A stretch of 44,986 nucleotides of DNA from contig CADARG010000001.1 in the NCBI GenBank assembly GCA_902790255.1, positions 1-44,986 of the forward strand, in the 5' to 3' direction. The stretch comes from an uncultured Pseudomonadota bacterium (lineage in GTDB: Bacteria; Pseudomonadota; Alphaproteobacteria; UBA3830). A model generated the notes under the pieces. It did not search any database and had not been told where the DNA came from. It saw only the letters and a list, made by a program, of their open reading frames with translations. Below are positions 1 through 10,068 of the stretch, piece after piece; within the stretch, counting starts at the first letter, position 1, and the number at the start of each line of letters is the position of its first letter. A program made the translations under genes and the position numbers.

Positions 1-147
1 CTTTGTAACTGTGCCTTCAACGTTATTAACAAAAATGTAGTCGCCCTCTTTAAAAGGCTTTGTAACAAGTATTAGTTTCTGAGTGATAATACGTGTCAAT
101 TTCTTTACATTGAATATTTTCACAATATTTTCTAGTAATACCATCAT
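1..147 (-). CDS. MscS-like (mechanosensitive-channel beta-domain-like) ORF, N-terminal part only, running off the window edge; possible gene remnant
   Basis: Not in the ORF track because it is open at the window edge. Reverse translation from the ATG at 147 gives MMVLLENIVKIFNVKKLTRIITQKLILVTKPFKEGDYIFVNNVEGTVTK. The PFKxGDxI..N..GTV string resembles the start of the MscS beta domain. An in-frame stop at 250-252 leaves no room for the usual N-terminal TM helices. Confidence 0.3.
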   Translation of the reverse strand, partial: MMVLLENIVKIFNVKKLTRIITQKLILVTKPFKEGDYIFVNNVEGTVTK

Positions 148-152
148 TTTCC

Positions 153-1925
153 TCAGTAACAATTTTTTCTCTTTGGTATAGGTTTTACTTCTGAAACCCT
201 CGATAAGTTCTCTTCTCTGGTTTCTGCTTTTTTCCCGGATGACCTCCGATTATGGGATTTTTCGGTCGTTTCCTTCTTCTCTTCTGAGTCGACACTCTCA
301 TCATCATCCAAAATCATTGGCACTGGCTTAAAAATTTGCTCGATTTTGAAATCGTTCGTAGCAATACGATAATCGGTATTAAAGGTGATTTTTAAACTAC
401 CTCGAGATTCAATAGCAGAAATAAAAGATCTCTTGTTATTTAATATATACAGGGCAATGACAGGAGAAAGAGTAACAATAATCTCCTTGAATTCCGAAGC
501 AATACAAGCTTCTTCGATTTTTCTTAATATCTGAACAGCCATGGATTCTTCTGACCACATAAAACCCGTTCCCTTACAATGAGGGCACACGATCATGTTA
601 GCATCTGCGATGCTGGAACGTAGTCTTTGTCGAGAAAATTCTAGCAATCCGAAATTGCTTATGGTGCCTACTTGAATTTTCGCTTTGTCATTCTTCAAAG
701 ACTCACGCATGCACCTTTCAACTTGGATATTATTTCTTTTTTCTTCCATGTCGATGAAATCGACAACTATAAGGCCAGCTAGATCTCTCAAACGACACTG
801 ACGAGCAATTTCTTGCGCTGCTTCCAAATTAGTCTTTAATGCGGTTCCCGCAATGTTTCTCTCTCGGGTAGATCTTCCTGAGTTAACATCTATGGAAATC
901 AGCGCTTCCGTATTGTTAATAACTAAATATCCACCTGAAGGCAGATCGACTCTCGTTGAATATATCTGACTTATCTGCTCATTCAACTTATACTTGCTGA
1001 ACAAAGGAACATTCTTGTCATTATATAGTTTTACTTTTCTGGAATGACTAGGCATTAACTTCTTCATGAAATTTTTTGCCGTCTTATAACCTTCTTCACC
1101 CTCGACCACAACAGAATCAATTTCCTTTGAGTACATATCGCGTAGGGATCTCTTGATAACACCTGCCTCTTCATGAATTAAGCACGGAGCGGAAGATTTT
1201 AACGTTGTTTCCCGAATTTCATTCCAGACATTTTTCAAGTAAGAAAAATCTTTTTTAATTTCGGTTTTTGTATGTCCTATACCCGCGGTGCGAATAACCG
1301 TACTTCCATTATCGATGTGCAGTTCTGAAACGATTTTTTTTAGTTTTTCACGATCGCTACGATTGGTAATTTTTCTGGAAACGCCACTGCCTTTTGATGT
1401 GTTAGGCATAAGTACACAATACCTTCCAGCCAAAGAGATGTAAGTGGTGAGGGCTGCTCCCTTGTTCCCTCTTTCTTCTTTCGTCACCTGAACGAGCATG
1501 ATTTGTCTTTTTTTTATAACTTCTTGAATTTTATAGCGACGATAAAACTGATAACGGAGTCTTGAGATTTCTCTTGGATCTATTTCTTCAGCAGTTTGTC
1601 CTGTTTCTTCGACATGAGCAGCAATAGCATTTTGTAAGTGAGTTTCCAATTCTTGACGATCACTTACCGGAATCTGAAAATAATCATAATGGATTTCGCT
1701 GAAACTCAAAAATCCGTGGCGATTTCCTCCGTAATCAATAAAAGCTGCCTGCAGTGAAGGCTCCACCCTGATGACTTTCGCTAAATATATATTTCCCTTA
1801 ACCCTGATTTTTGAACGGGTCTCGAAATCAAATTTATCTAACTTTCCATCATTGATTACAGCAATCCTGATTTCTTCAGCATGCGCCGAATCTATGAGCA
1901 TATCTTTTGACATATTCTTCTCCAT
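153..1925 (-). CDS. rne: Ribonuclease E/G family endoribonuclease (RNase E-like catalytic half, 590 aa)
   Basis: S1 domain (GNIYLAKVIRVEPSLQAAFIDYGGNRHGFL) with an insertion as seen in alphaproteobacterial RNase E. Catalytic core motif LISIDVNSG. Zn-link motif CPHCKGTG. Basic/acidic C-terminal tail. Confidence 0.9.
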   Translation of the reverse strand: MEKNMSKDMLIDSAHAEEIRIAVINDGKLDKFDFETRSKIRVKGNIYLAKVIRVEPSLQAAFIDYGGNRHGFLSFSEIHYDYFQIPVSDRQELETHLQNAIAAHVEETGQTAEEIDPREISRLRYQFYRRYKIQEVIKKRQIMLVQVTKEERGNKGAALTTYISLAGRYCVLMPNTSKGSGVSRKITNRSDREKLKKIVSELHIDNGSTVIRTAGIGHTKTEIKKDFSYLKNVWNEIRETTLKSSAPCLIHEEAGVIKRSLRDMYSKEIDSVVVEGEEGYKTAKNFMKKLMPSHSRKVKLYNDKNVPLFSKYKLNEQISQIYSTRVDLPSGGYLVINNTEALISIDVNSGRSTRERNIAGTALKTNLEAAQEIARQCRLRDLAGLIVVDFIDMEEKRNNIQVERCMRESLKNDKAKIQVGTISNFGLLEFSRQRLRSSIADANMIVCPHCKGTGFMWSEESMAVQILRKIEEACIASEFKEIIVTLSPVIALYILNNKRSFISAIESRGSLKITFNTDYRIATNDFKIEQIFKPVPMILDDDESVDSEEKKETTEKSHNRRSSGKKAETREENLSRVSEVKPIPKRKNCY

Positions 1926-2185
1926 AACTCTGAATAGGAATATTCAAAAGTATTTGCTTGCAACGTAAAGTATCTGCATCCGGCACAGCCCGCGCAGTTC
2001 CACCCGATCGAAACAATATTCTAAAAAAATTCAACCTCAAAACAGGCATAACAACCTTTTAAACATTCCGTTCAATCAAATCTGCGAAAACAAAACAACT
2101 GAACTTCCGCAGAACAAAAATCTATATGGTTAAAACAACCATCGATGACAGTATATATAATTAAGGGACAGCTGTAAACAAAAGT

Positions 2186-2199
2186 CAGAACTTTTTCTG
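2186..2199 (-). terminator. Weak candidate intrinsic terminator downstream of accC
   Basis: On the minus strand, a cagaa/ttctg 5-bp stem with a 4-nt loop is followed by acttttgttt, about 60 nt after the accC stop. The stem is short and AT-rich. Confidence 0.2.
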
Positions 2200-2259
2200 C
2201 TATATATCATAAAAAGCCAATAAAATGTCGTAAAAATAATAAGTTGAAAAATAATAAAA

Positions 2260-3609
2260 TTATTCCATATCTTGGCTTTCAGAAAAATGTTCTAAGAAAT
2301 GTATATCGAAGTCTCCTCTAATGACACGAGAATCGTTCGCGAGACGTAAATGTAACGGAATCAAGGTATCAATTCCGCTGATGACATATTCATCCAAAGC
2401 TCTGCGCAACCTTGCCAAACATTGCTGACGATCTTTCCCATGGAGGATTAACTTTGCGATTAAGCTATCGTAATAAGGTGGGATTTTATATCCTTCATAT
2501 ATAAAGCTATCTACTCGTACTCCAGGACCACCTGGGCAATGATATTTTACAACTGTTCCTGCCGAGGGAATATATGTGTCCGGGTTTTCCGCATTGATTC
2601 TACATTCAATCGCATGACCTGTGAATGTTACGTCGTCTTGAGTGAAAGATAATTTTTGTCCATCAGCGATCAATATTTGCTCGCGCACTATATCAATTCC
2701 AGTAATCATCTCGGTTATGGGGTGCTCGACCTGAATACGAGTATTCATCTCGATAAAATAAAGCTGTCCGTTTTCGTACAAAAATTCCAAAGTACCTACG
2801 CCTACGTATCCCACTTCAGAGATTGCCTTTGCAATCTTCCTACCGAATTCGTTTCGGAATTCTGGAGACAACACCATGCTAGGAGCTTCTTCCCAAACCT
2901 TCTGATTGCGTCTTTGCATCGAGCAGTCACGCTCTCCTAAATGAACAGCGTTTCCATACTGATCAGCAATGACCTGAAACTCGATATGTTTCGGATTTTC
3001 CAAGTACTTTTCCAAATACACTACATCATTACCGAAAGAAATTCCTGCTTCTCTTCGAGCGGTCTCGTAGGCCTCGACGAATTCTTCGCTCGATCTCGCG
3101 ACCTTCATTCCTCTTCCGCCGCCGCCACCAGCTGCTTTTATCAAGACAGGATATCCCATGTCATCGGCGAGTTTTATTGCTTTATCCAATTTTGTCAGAG
3201 CACCGTCTGACCCCGGAACTGTAGGCAAACCAAGACGGGCAACGGTCTTTTTGGCCATGATCTTATCGCCCATCATAACGATATGGTCAGCCTTTGGACC
3301 GATGAAAATCAAACCATGTTCTTCAACCATGTGGGCAAAAGTCGGATTCTCGCTTAAAAAACCAAAACCTGGGTGAACAGCGTCTGCTCCAGTGATACAA
3401 GCAGCAGAAATAATCGCCGGAATATTTAGATAACTTTCTCTAGGAGAAGCAGGACCGATGCAAACACTTTCGTCGGCCAATCTTACGTGCATTGCATCTG
3501 CATCTGCGGTGGAGTGCACCGCTACCGTTTTAATTCCCAGATCCTTACATGCCCGCAAAACCCTGAGAGCAATCTCTCCTCTGTTAGCAATCAGTATCTT
3601 TTTTATCAT
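2260..3609 (-). CDS. accC: Acetyl-CoA carboxylase biotin carboxylase subunit
   Basis: N-terminus [24 protein letters not shown]-grasp glycine loop GGGGRGM and [14 protein letters not shown]. Length 449 aa. Lies directly downstream of accB. Confidence 0.97.
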   Translation of the reverse strand: MIKKILIANRGEIALRVLRACKDLGIKTVAVHSTADADAMHVRLADESVCIGPASPRESYLNIPAIISAACITGADAVHPGFGFLSENPTFAHMVEEHGLIFIGPKADHIVMMGDKIMAKKTVARLGLPTVPGSDGALTKLDKAIKLADDMGYPVLIKAAGGGGGRGMKVARSSEEFVEAYETARREAGISFGNDVVYLEKYLENPKHIEFQVIADQYGNAVHLGERDCSMQRRNQKVWEEAPSMVLSPEFRNEFGRKIAKAISEVGYVGVGTLEFLYENGQLYFIEMNTRIQVEHPITEMITGIDIVREQILIADGQKLSFTQDDVTFTGHAIECRINAENPDTYIPSAGTVVKYHCPGGPGVRVDSFIYEGYKIPPYYDSLIAKLILHGKDRQQCLARLRRALDEYVISGIDTLIPLHLRLANDSRVIRGDFDIHFLEHFSESQDME

Positions 3610-3639
3610 GGGACAATCAACTACGACACTTAACTATAA

Positions 3640-4143
3640 CTACTCAATCACAACTATAGGATCACCATACTCTATAGGTTGGGCATCCTTTACAAAAATA
3701 TGCTTAACAGTTCCCGACTTTGGAGCTTTTATCATATTCATTACTTTCATTGCCTCTATGATAAACAAAGTCTGACCTTCTTCAACTTTGCTTCCCACGG
3801 TAATGAAAGGATCGGCTGAAGGCCCTGGAGCCAAATAAACTGTTCCAACCATTTGTGCTTCAACCACTCCTGGATGATTAGCCCAGTCGTCTTTTTTGGT
3901 TACTTCCACAGTCGAACTAGCTTCTGCAGTTGTCGCTACAGTATTCTGCACTGAAGCTTGAGCTGCTGCAACTGGAATAACCGCTTGCTGAACGGTTCTC
4001 AAAACCTTGATTCTTGTTGAATTTTCCTGATATTCGATTTCCGTTAAATCTGTCTCTCTCAGAAGCTCCGCAAGAGCGCGAACTGCTTCTGTATCTATTT
4101 TTACCTGTGGAGCCAACTTAAACCCTTTCCTCGGCGTTGCCAA
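3640..4143 (-). CDS. accB: Biotin carboxyl carrier protein of acetyl-CoA carboxylase
   Basis: C-terminal biotinyl domain with the EAMKVMN biotin-attachment motif and an Ala/Val/Thr-rich linker. The ORF-track start at 4143 is TTG. An alternative TTG at 4116 is preceded by aggaaaggg (RBS-like). Confidence 0.9.
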   Translation of the reverse strand: MATPRKGFKLAPQVKIDTEAVRALAELLRETDLTEIEYQENSTRIKVLRTVQQAVIPVAAAQASVQNTVATTAEASSTVEVTKKDDWANHPGVVEAQMVGTVYLAPGPSADPFITVGSKVEEGQTLFIIEAMKVMNMIKAPKSGTVKHIFVKDAQPIEYGDPIVVIE

Positions 4144-4150
4144 AAACTAA

Positions 4151-4225
4151 TGGTGGGCACAGCAGGGATCGAACCTACGACCACTACGATGTCAACGTAG
4201 TGCTCTACCTCTGAGCTATGTGCCC
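4151..4225 (-). tRNA. tRNA-Val (anticodon GAC)
   Basis: The reverse complement GGGCACATAGCTCAGAGGTAGAGCACTACGTTGACATCGTAGTGGTCGTAGGTTCGATCCCTGCTGTGCCCACCA folds as a cloverleaf. Acceptor GGGCACA/TGTGCCC, anticodon stem CTACG/CGTAG with loop TTGACAT, T-loop TTCGATC, encoded CCA. Confidence 0.9.
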
Positions 4226-4319
4226 AAACTCTGGAAATCTTATACACCGTTTAAATTTTTTTAGCAATAGTAAATTTCTAACATTACTTCGAAATAGTTT
4301 ACAAAAGGTTAAGGAAAGG

Positions 4320-4348
4320 TTGAAATTTTCAGATATCGCCCATATAAT
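4320..4348 (+). promoter_or_regulatory. Candidate sigma70-type promoter for ssb
   Basis: TTGAAA (4320-4325), a 17-nt spacer, then TATAAT (4343-4348), about 30 nt upstream of the ssb ATG. Confidence 0.45.
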
Positions 4349-4376
4349 ACCCTGAGTTTATGTGGATGGGTGTTTC

Positions 4377-4814
4377 ATGGCTGGAAGTATCAACAAAGTG
4401 ACTTTATTGGGCAATTTAGGAAGGGATCCGGAAGTCAGATCAGGTCAGGACGGTAGCAAAATAGTAAGTTTTTCTATTGCTACGACCGAATCTTGGAAAG
4501 ATAGAACTACGGGAGAAAGAAAAGATCGCACAGAATGGCATAGAATTGTTGTTTTCAATCCGAATTTAGCGGAAATTTGCGAGAAGTATTTGAGAAAAGG
4601 GTCCAAAGTCTATATTGAAGGTCAGCTTCAGACCAGAAGGTGGCAAGACAAGGATGGAGTTGAGCGGTTTACTACGGAGATAATAATTCCTCGTTTTAAA
4701 GGGGAGCTTGCCTTGTTAGATTCTAGAGGTAGCATGGATGATGATGTTTCTGGTATTACGGATTCATCTTCGGATCAGCCTCCGGCAGGGATAGATGACG
4801 ATATTCCGTTTTGA
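4377..4814 (+). CDS. ssb: Single-stranded DNA-binding protein
   Basis: MAGSINKVTLLGNLGRDPE OB-fold N-terminus, TEWHRIVVF, and the canonical acidic tail ending DDDIPF followed by TGA. The start is moved from the ORF-track GTG 4362 to ATG 4377, which gives the usual SSB N-terminus. Confidence 0.93.
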   Translation: MAGSINKVTLLGNLGRDPEVRSGQDGSKIVSFSIATTESWKDRTTGERKDRTEWHRIVVFNPNLAEICEKYLRKGSKVYIEGQLQTRRWQDKDGVERFTTEIIIPRFKGELALLDSRGSMDDDVSGITDSSSDQPPAGIDDDIPF

Positions 4815-4844
4815 TCAATTAGTTAATATTGTAGGAGAGTTCTT

Positions 4845-7499
4845 TTGAGTGTGGAAAACGAGGAGATAATTCCAGTTAATCTTGGTGAGGAGATGAAACG
4901 CTCTTATCTGGATTACGCCATGAGCGTTATTGTTGCGCGTGCGCTACCAGATGTAAGAGATGGTTTAAAGCCAGTACATCGTCGTATTGTTTACAGTATG
5001 ACCGAGTGTGGAAACGATTACAACAAACCATTCCGTAAGTCTGCCCGTATTGTTGGTGATGTTATGGGTAAATATCATCCTCACGGTGACTCAGCGATAT
5101 ATGAAACTATGGTTCGTATGGCTCAGCCGTTTTCGATGAGAGCTCCTCTTGTCAATGGTCAAGGTAATTTCGGGTCAATGGATGGTGACTCTGCTGCAGC
5201 GAGTCGTTATACAGAGGCTAGATTAACCAAAGTTGCTCATAAGTTAACGGAAGATTTATATTCGGACACAGTTGATTTTCAGCCGAATTATGATGGATTA
5301 GAAAAAGAGCCTGTCTTGTTACCAGCTCGCTTCCCAAACTTCTTGGTAAATGGGGCTAGTGGTATTGCAGTCGGTATGGCAACTAACGTTCCGTCACACA
5401 ACTTAGGAGAGGTTATCAATGCTTGTGTAATGTTAATCGATAATCCCGAGTCGACTTTGGAACAGATAATGACCGTGTTACCGGGACCGGATTTTCCGAC
5501 TGGAGGTGTTATTCTCGGAAGGGGAGGAATTATTTCCGGATTTAAAACAGGTAGGGGGTCGATTGCTATTCGTTCCAAGACTCACATAGAGAAAGCAAGG
5601 AAGGATCGAGAAGCAATAGTTGTTACAGAGATACCTTACCAGGTCAATAAAGCCAAGATGATAGAGAAAATCGCGTCTTTGGTGAATGAAAAAACCATTG
5701 AGGGAATTTCTGATATAAGGGATGAGTCAGATAAGGACGGAGTCCGTGTTGTTATTGAGTTAAAAAAAGATGTTAATGCTGATGTTGTTTTGAACCAGCT
5801 TTACAGAGCTACACCGATGCAAACTTCCTTTGGAATCAATATGCTTGCATTACATAATGGTCGCCCGAAATTAATGGGATTGATTGAAATTTTGAATGCT
5901 TTTATTGAGTTCAGAACGGAAGTTGTTATTCGAAGGACTCGTTTCAATTTGAATAAAACGAGAGATAAAGCTCATGTGTTGATCGGATTAGCGATCGCTG
6001 TTGCGAATATCGATGAAGTTATTCGTATTATTAAAGCCAGTGAAGATCCGAGTTCGGCGAAATTAACCTTGATGAGTATTGACTGGGATGCCGAAGAAAT
6101 CGAGCCATTGATTAAGTTGGTAGATGATCCGAACAGTATTTATTCCGATGGAAAGTGTCGCTTGACTGATATTCAGGCTCAGGCAATTTTGGATTTGAAG
6201 TTACACAGGTTGACGGGGTTGGAAAGAACAAAGATCTCTGATGAGTTAAATCAACTTTCTGATCGTATCAAGGACCTTTTAGGTATTTTGGTCTCACGCG
6301 CGAGAGTTATGGATATAGTTCGTACTGAATTAATAGAAGTTCGGGATGAATTTGCAACTCCTCGTATCACTTCAATCGAAGAGAACGGTGTTGAGTTGGA
6401 TGATGAAGATTTCATACAAAAAGAGGATATGGTTGTAACCATCAGTCACAGTGGGTATATAAAGAGAGTTCCGTTGAATACTTATCGTGCTCAGAATCGA
6501 GGAGGTAAGGGTAAGACGGGAATGACGACGAAGGATGAAGATTTTGTCCAGGATGTCTTTGTTGCAAATACCCATACTCCTGTGTTGTTCTTCTCGACGA
6601 CTGGTATGGTTTATCAAATGAAAGTTTATAAGTTGCCGTTAGGAACTCCGCAATCAAAAGGAAAAGCTCTTGTGAATCTTTTCCCGACTAAGGCTGACGA
6701 AGCTTTAGCTACGGGGTTATCTTTGCCGGATGATCCGTCGACATGGGATGATTACGATATTGTTTTGGCGACTTCGAGAGGAACAATTCGAAGGAATAGT
6801 TTAAGCGTTTTCTCGAATATTAATTCCAAAGGTAAGATCGCAATGAAGCTCGAGAATGAAAAGTTGATTGCGGTTGCCCTTTGTAAATCAGGAATGGATA
6901 TTTTAATTTCCACTAAGCTTGGAAAGAGCGTTAGATTCCCGGTGGATTCTCTTCGGGTATTTTCCAGCAGAAACTCCGTTGGAGTTCGTGCGATCAAATT
7001 AATTGGTGATGATGAAGTTATTTCTATGGCAGTTCTGAATAATGGAACTTCTACCGTGGAGGAGAGAGAGGAATATGTTCGCTATTCCAATTGGTTGAGA
7101 CGTACGGGTGAAGAGCTTGATTTAGAGCAAAAAATGGATCCTCCAGCGAAATATGAAGAAATGAAGGAACTGGAGCAAATCCTTATGACTATAACCGAGA
7201 AAGGTTACGCGAAGAGAACATCCTCCTTTGAATACAGAACGATGAGTCGAGGAGCTCAAGGTGTAAAAAACCTGGATATGAGTTCTAAAAACGGAAAGGT
7301 CATTGCGGTGTTCCCGGTAAACGAAGAAGATGACGTGATGTTGATTACCGACGGGGGAAAGCTGATTCGCTGTCCGGTTTCAGGCGTAAGAATTACAGGT
7401 CGAGCAACTCAAGGAGTGATTTTCTTTAAAGTCGGTAAGGACGAAAAGGTTGTATCCGCGGTTAGATTGATCGAAAATAGTAAAATTGAAGAGAAATAG
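4845..7499 (+). CDS. gyrA: DNA gyrase subunit A
   Basis: [28 protein letters not shown] (QRDR region), active-site Tyr context [11 protein letters not shown], and a C-terminal beta-pinwheel repeat region. TTG start preceded by aggagag. Confidence 0.97.
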   Translation: MSVENEEIIPVNLGEEMKRSYLDYAMSVIVARALPDVRDGLKPVHRRIVYSMTECGNDYNKPFRKSARIVGDVMGKYHPHGDSAIYETMVRMAQPFSMRAPLVNGQGNFGSMDGDSAAASRYTEARLTKVAHKLTEDLYSDTVDFQPNYDGLEKEPVLLPARFPNFLVNGASGIAVGMATNVPSHNLGEVINACVMLIDNPESTLEQIMTVLPGPDFPTGGVILGRGGIISGFKTGRGSIAIRSKTHIEKARKDREAIVVTEIPYQVNKAKMIEKIASLVNEKTIEGISDIRDESDKDGVRVVIELKKDVNADVVLNQLYRATPMQTSFGINMLALHNGRPKLMGLIEILNAFIEFRTEVVIRRTRFNLNKTRDKAHVLIGLAIAVANIDEVIRIIKASEDPSSAKLTLMSIDWDAEEIEPLIKLVDDPNSIYSDGKCRLTDIQAQAILDLKLHRLTGLERTKISDELNQLSDRIKDLLGILVSRARVMDIVRTELIEVRDEFATPRITSIEENGVELDDEDFIQKEDMVVTISHSGYIKRVPLNTYRAQNRGGKGKTGMTTKDEDFVQDVFVANTHTPVLFFSTTGMVYQMKVYKLPLGTPQSKGKALVNLFPTKADEALATGLSLPDDPSTWDDYDIVLATSRGTIRRNSLSVFSNINSKGKIAMKLENEKLIAVALCKSGMDILISTKLGKSVRFPVDSLRVFSSRNSVGVRAIKLIGDDEVISMAVLNNGTSTVEEREEYVRYSNWLRRTGEELDLEQKMDPPAKYEEMKELEQILMTITEKGYAKRTSSFEYRTMSRGAQGVKNLDMSSKNGKVIAVFPVNEEDDVMLITDGGKLIRCPVSGVRITGRATQGVIFFKVGKDEKVVSAVRLIENSKIEEK

Positions 7500-7511
7500 A
7501 AAAGAACAGAC

Positions 7512-8633
7512 ATGGCATCTATAAAATTACAGGGAATAAATAAGTCTTTCAGAGATAGTCCTATAATAAGGAATGTGGATTTAACCATCGAAGATGGCCA
7601 ATGCACGGTGTTAGTTGGTCCTTCCGGATGTGGAAAATCCACGATTTTGCGATTAATTTGCGGGTTGGAAGATGCAGATTCGGGAAATATCTATATAGGA
7701 GATCGATTGGTGAACGACGTTCCTCCGGCAAGTCGAGGGATTGCCATGGTTTTTCAGTCCTACGCTCTCTATCCTCACATGACGGTTTTTGAAAATATGT
7801 CTTTTGCTCTTCAGGTTCGCAAGCTGAAAAAAGGTGAAATTCAGAGAAGAGTAGAGGAGGCGGCGAAAATTCTGAAGATTGAACATCTTTTGCAGCGTAA
7901 ACCGAAAGAATTATCAGGAGGTCAAAGACAAAGAGTGGCAATAGGACGTGCAATTGTCCGAAATCCTTATGCTTTTTTATTTGATGAGCCTCTTTCGAAT
8001 TTGGATTACTCTCTGAGATGTCAGATGAGATATGAAATCGCAAAGTTGAAGGCTCAGCTTAAGACTACTATGGTGTATGTTACCCACGATCAGTCCGAGG
8101 CGATGACTTTGGCAGATAAGATCGTTGTAATGCACGACGGTATAATAGAGCAGGAAGGTTCTCCGCTGGAGATCTACAATTCTCCGGTAAATACCTTCGT
8201 TGCTCAATTTATCGGCTCAAGTAAAATGAATATTTTCCCGGTAAAATTCGAAGGGCAGAAGGGGAATATGTCCAACTTTAAATTAGAGACCGGAGAAATT
8301 GTTTCTATCAATAGAAAATTGGATTTGAAAAAAGGTTTCGGATATTTATTGGGAATTCGTCCTGAAGATTTGGATGTTGTTGCGCAAAATGCGAAAGTTT
8401 TAGGCAATTCTCTGAACGGAGAGGTAGTTTTGGCAGAAAATTTGGGCGGAGAAGGATTCGTTTACGTATCTTTGAAAGATGGATATCAAATCATGTCCAA
8501 GTCGAAAAAGACAGTGTTGGAACGAGTCGGAGAAAAAGCACGTTTGGCTTTCGGATATGATCGTTGTTATTTGTTTGATGATCAGGGTAAAGCAATTTGC
8601 GGAATAGATTCTCAGTCAATTGAGACAAAATGA
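7512..8633 (+). CDS. ABC transporter ATP-binding protein, MalK/UgpC (CUT1) type with a C-terminal regulatory (TOBE-like) domain
   Basis: Walker A GPSGCGKST, IAMVFQSYALYPHMTV, signature LSGGQRQRV and Walker B FLFDEPLSNLD. No permease or binding-protein gene is adjacent. Confidence 0.88.
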   Translation: MASIKLQGINKSFRDSPIIRNVDLTIEDGQCTVLVGPSGCGKSTILRLICGLEDADSGNIYIGDRLVNDVPPASRGIAMVFQSYALYPHMTVFENMSFALQVRKLKKGEIQRRVEEAAKILKIEHLLQRKPKELSGGQRQRVAIGRAIVRNPYAFLFDEPLSNLDYSLRCQMRYEIAKLKAQLKTTMVYVTHDQSEAMTLADKIVVMHDGIIEQEGSPLEIYNSPVNTFVAQFIGSSKMNIFPVKFEGQKGNMSNFKLETGEIVSINRKLDLKKGFGYLLGIRPEDLDVVAQNAKVLGNSLNGEVVLAENLGGEGFVYVSLKDGYQIMSKSKKTVLERVGEKARLAFGYDRCYLFDDQGKAICGIDSQSIETK

Positions 8634-9094
8634 TAAAGTTTCAGATAAATGCGATTGGCAAATTAAAAAGATCCCCGACTTTGGAGCTGATTGAGGGATA
8701 TAAGAATCGCATTCATAATCAGATAAAAATAAACGAGCTGGATTTTAAAAGATCGCAAAGCGCGTCTGAAGATTCCATAAAACAAGGTGAAGCAGAGTTG
8801 TTGCTGTCGGATCTTCCAAAGAATTCCTGTTTGATTTCTATGGATGAAACAGGAGATCTTCTTACAAGTCACGAATTTGCAAAATTTATAGAGCAGAAGA
8901 CCAACGAGGGATGTTCATCTTTTGTGTTTTTCATCGGCGGGGCGGACGGTTTGCATTCTTCTGTGAAAAAACAAAGTAATCGTGTGATTTCGCTGGGAAA
9001 GATAACTTTGCCTCATATGTTGGCGCGTTTGATTTTGGTTGAGCAAATTTATCGTATCGAAAAGATAATGGATAATCATCCTTACGATAAATAA
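8630..9094 (+). CDS. rlmH: 23S rRNA (pseudouridine1915-N3)-methyltransferase RlmH (SPOUT family)
   Basis: 154 aa. FFIGGADGL, then ISLGKITLPHMLARLILVEQIYR, then the HPY C-terminus typical of RlmH. ATGA start/stop overlap with the upstream gene. Confidence 0.88.
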   Translation: MIKFQINAIGKLKRSPTLELIEGYKNRIHNQIKINELDFKRSQSASEDSIKQGEAELLLSDLPKNSCLISMDETGDLLTSHEFAKFIEQKTNEGCSSFVFFIGGADGLHSSVKKQSNRVISLGKITLPHMLARLILVEQIYRIEKIMDNHPYDK

Positions 9095-9116
9095 TTAAAG
9101 TTGAGAGGAGAAAATA

Positions 9117-10043
9117 ATGATTTTTGTATTTCCGGGGCAGGGATCCCAAAAAATCGGAATGGGAAAAGATATTTACGACAATTTTTCTTCGGCAAAAGAT
9201 GTTTTTCACGAAGTTGATGAGGCGATTTCATTTAATTTATCGAAATTGATCTTTGAGGGAACTGAAGATGAGTTGAAAAAAACGGAAAATACTCAGCCTG
9301 CGCTGATGACAGTCAGTATGGCGTTCGTTGAGGTTATGAGAAAAGAATTCGGGATTGATCTTTCGGAGAAAGCTAAATATTTCGCGGGTCATTCTTTGGG
9401 AGAGTACACAGCTCTGTGCACGGCAGAAGCTCTTTCACTCAGAGATACGGCTAGAATTCTGCGAACCAGAGGAAAAGCGATGGCGGAAGCTTGTCCTACA
9501 GGCGGAGCGATGGCGGCGATCTTGGGCTTGGATATAAATCAAGTAGAAGAAATTACGAAAGAAGCCAGTTCTGATGCCGCGAAAGTGCAAGTCGCAAATG
9601 ATAATTCCGTCGGACAAATCGTTGTCAGCGGTCACGCAGAAGCTGTGAAAAAAGCAGCGGAAATTGCTCAAAGCCGCGGCGCAAAAAGAGCGGTAATTCT
9701 TCCTGTCAGCGGTCCGTTCCACAGCGAATTAATGCAGCCGGCGGTGAAAGTTTTAGAGGAAGTATTGTCGGATGTCGAGTTCAAATCTCCTGCAAAACCG
9801 ATCATTGCGAATGTTACGGCGCAAGCAGAAACCGAGAATTTCAGAGAGCTTTTACTGAAACAAATTACAAGCAGAGTAAGATGGGTCGAGTCAATTCGAT
9901 ATGCTGAATCGCAGGGAGTTTCTAAATGTATCGAAGTCGGAGCAGGAAGAGTTCTGACCGGACTGGTTAAGAGAATTTCTCCGAATATGCAGCTGATTAA
10001 CGTGAATTCTTTGGAATCGTTGGATTTGGTGAGAGATTTGTAG
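9117..10043 (+). CDS. fabD: Malonyl CoA-acyl carrier protein transacylase
   Basis: FVFPGQGSQKIGMG N-terminus, active-site GHSLGEY and NDNSVGQIVVSG. Confidence 0.95.
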   Translation: MIFVFPGQGSQKIGMGKDIYDNFSSAKDVFHEVDEAISFNLSKLIFEGTEDELKKTENTQPALMTVSMAFVEVMRKEFGIDLSEKAKYFAGHSLGEYTALCTAEALSLRDTARILRTRGKAMAEACPTGGAMAAILGLDINQVEEITKEASSDAAKVQVANDNSVGQIVVSGHAEAVKKAAEIAQSRGAKRAVILPVSGPFHSELMQPAVKVLEEVLSDVEFKSPAKPIIANVTAQAETENFRELLLKQITSRVRWVESIRYAESQGVSKCIEVGAGRVLTGLVKRISPNMQLINVNSLESLDLVRDL

Positions 10044-10068
10044 CTGAAACGCCAGCAGTAGGTCTGAA

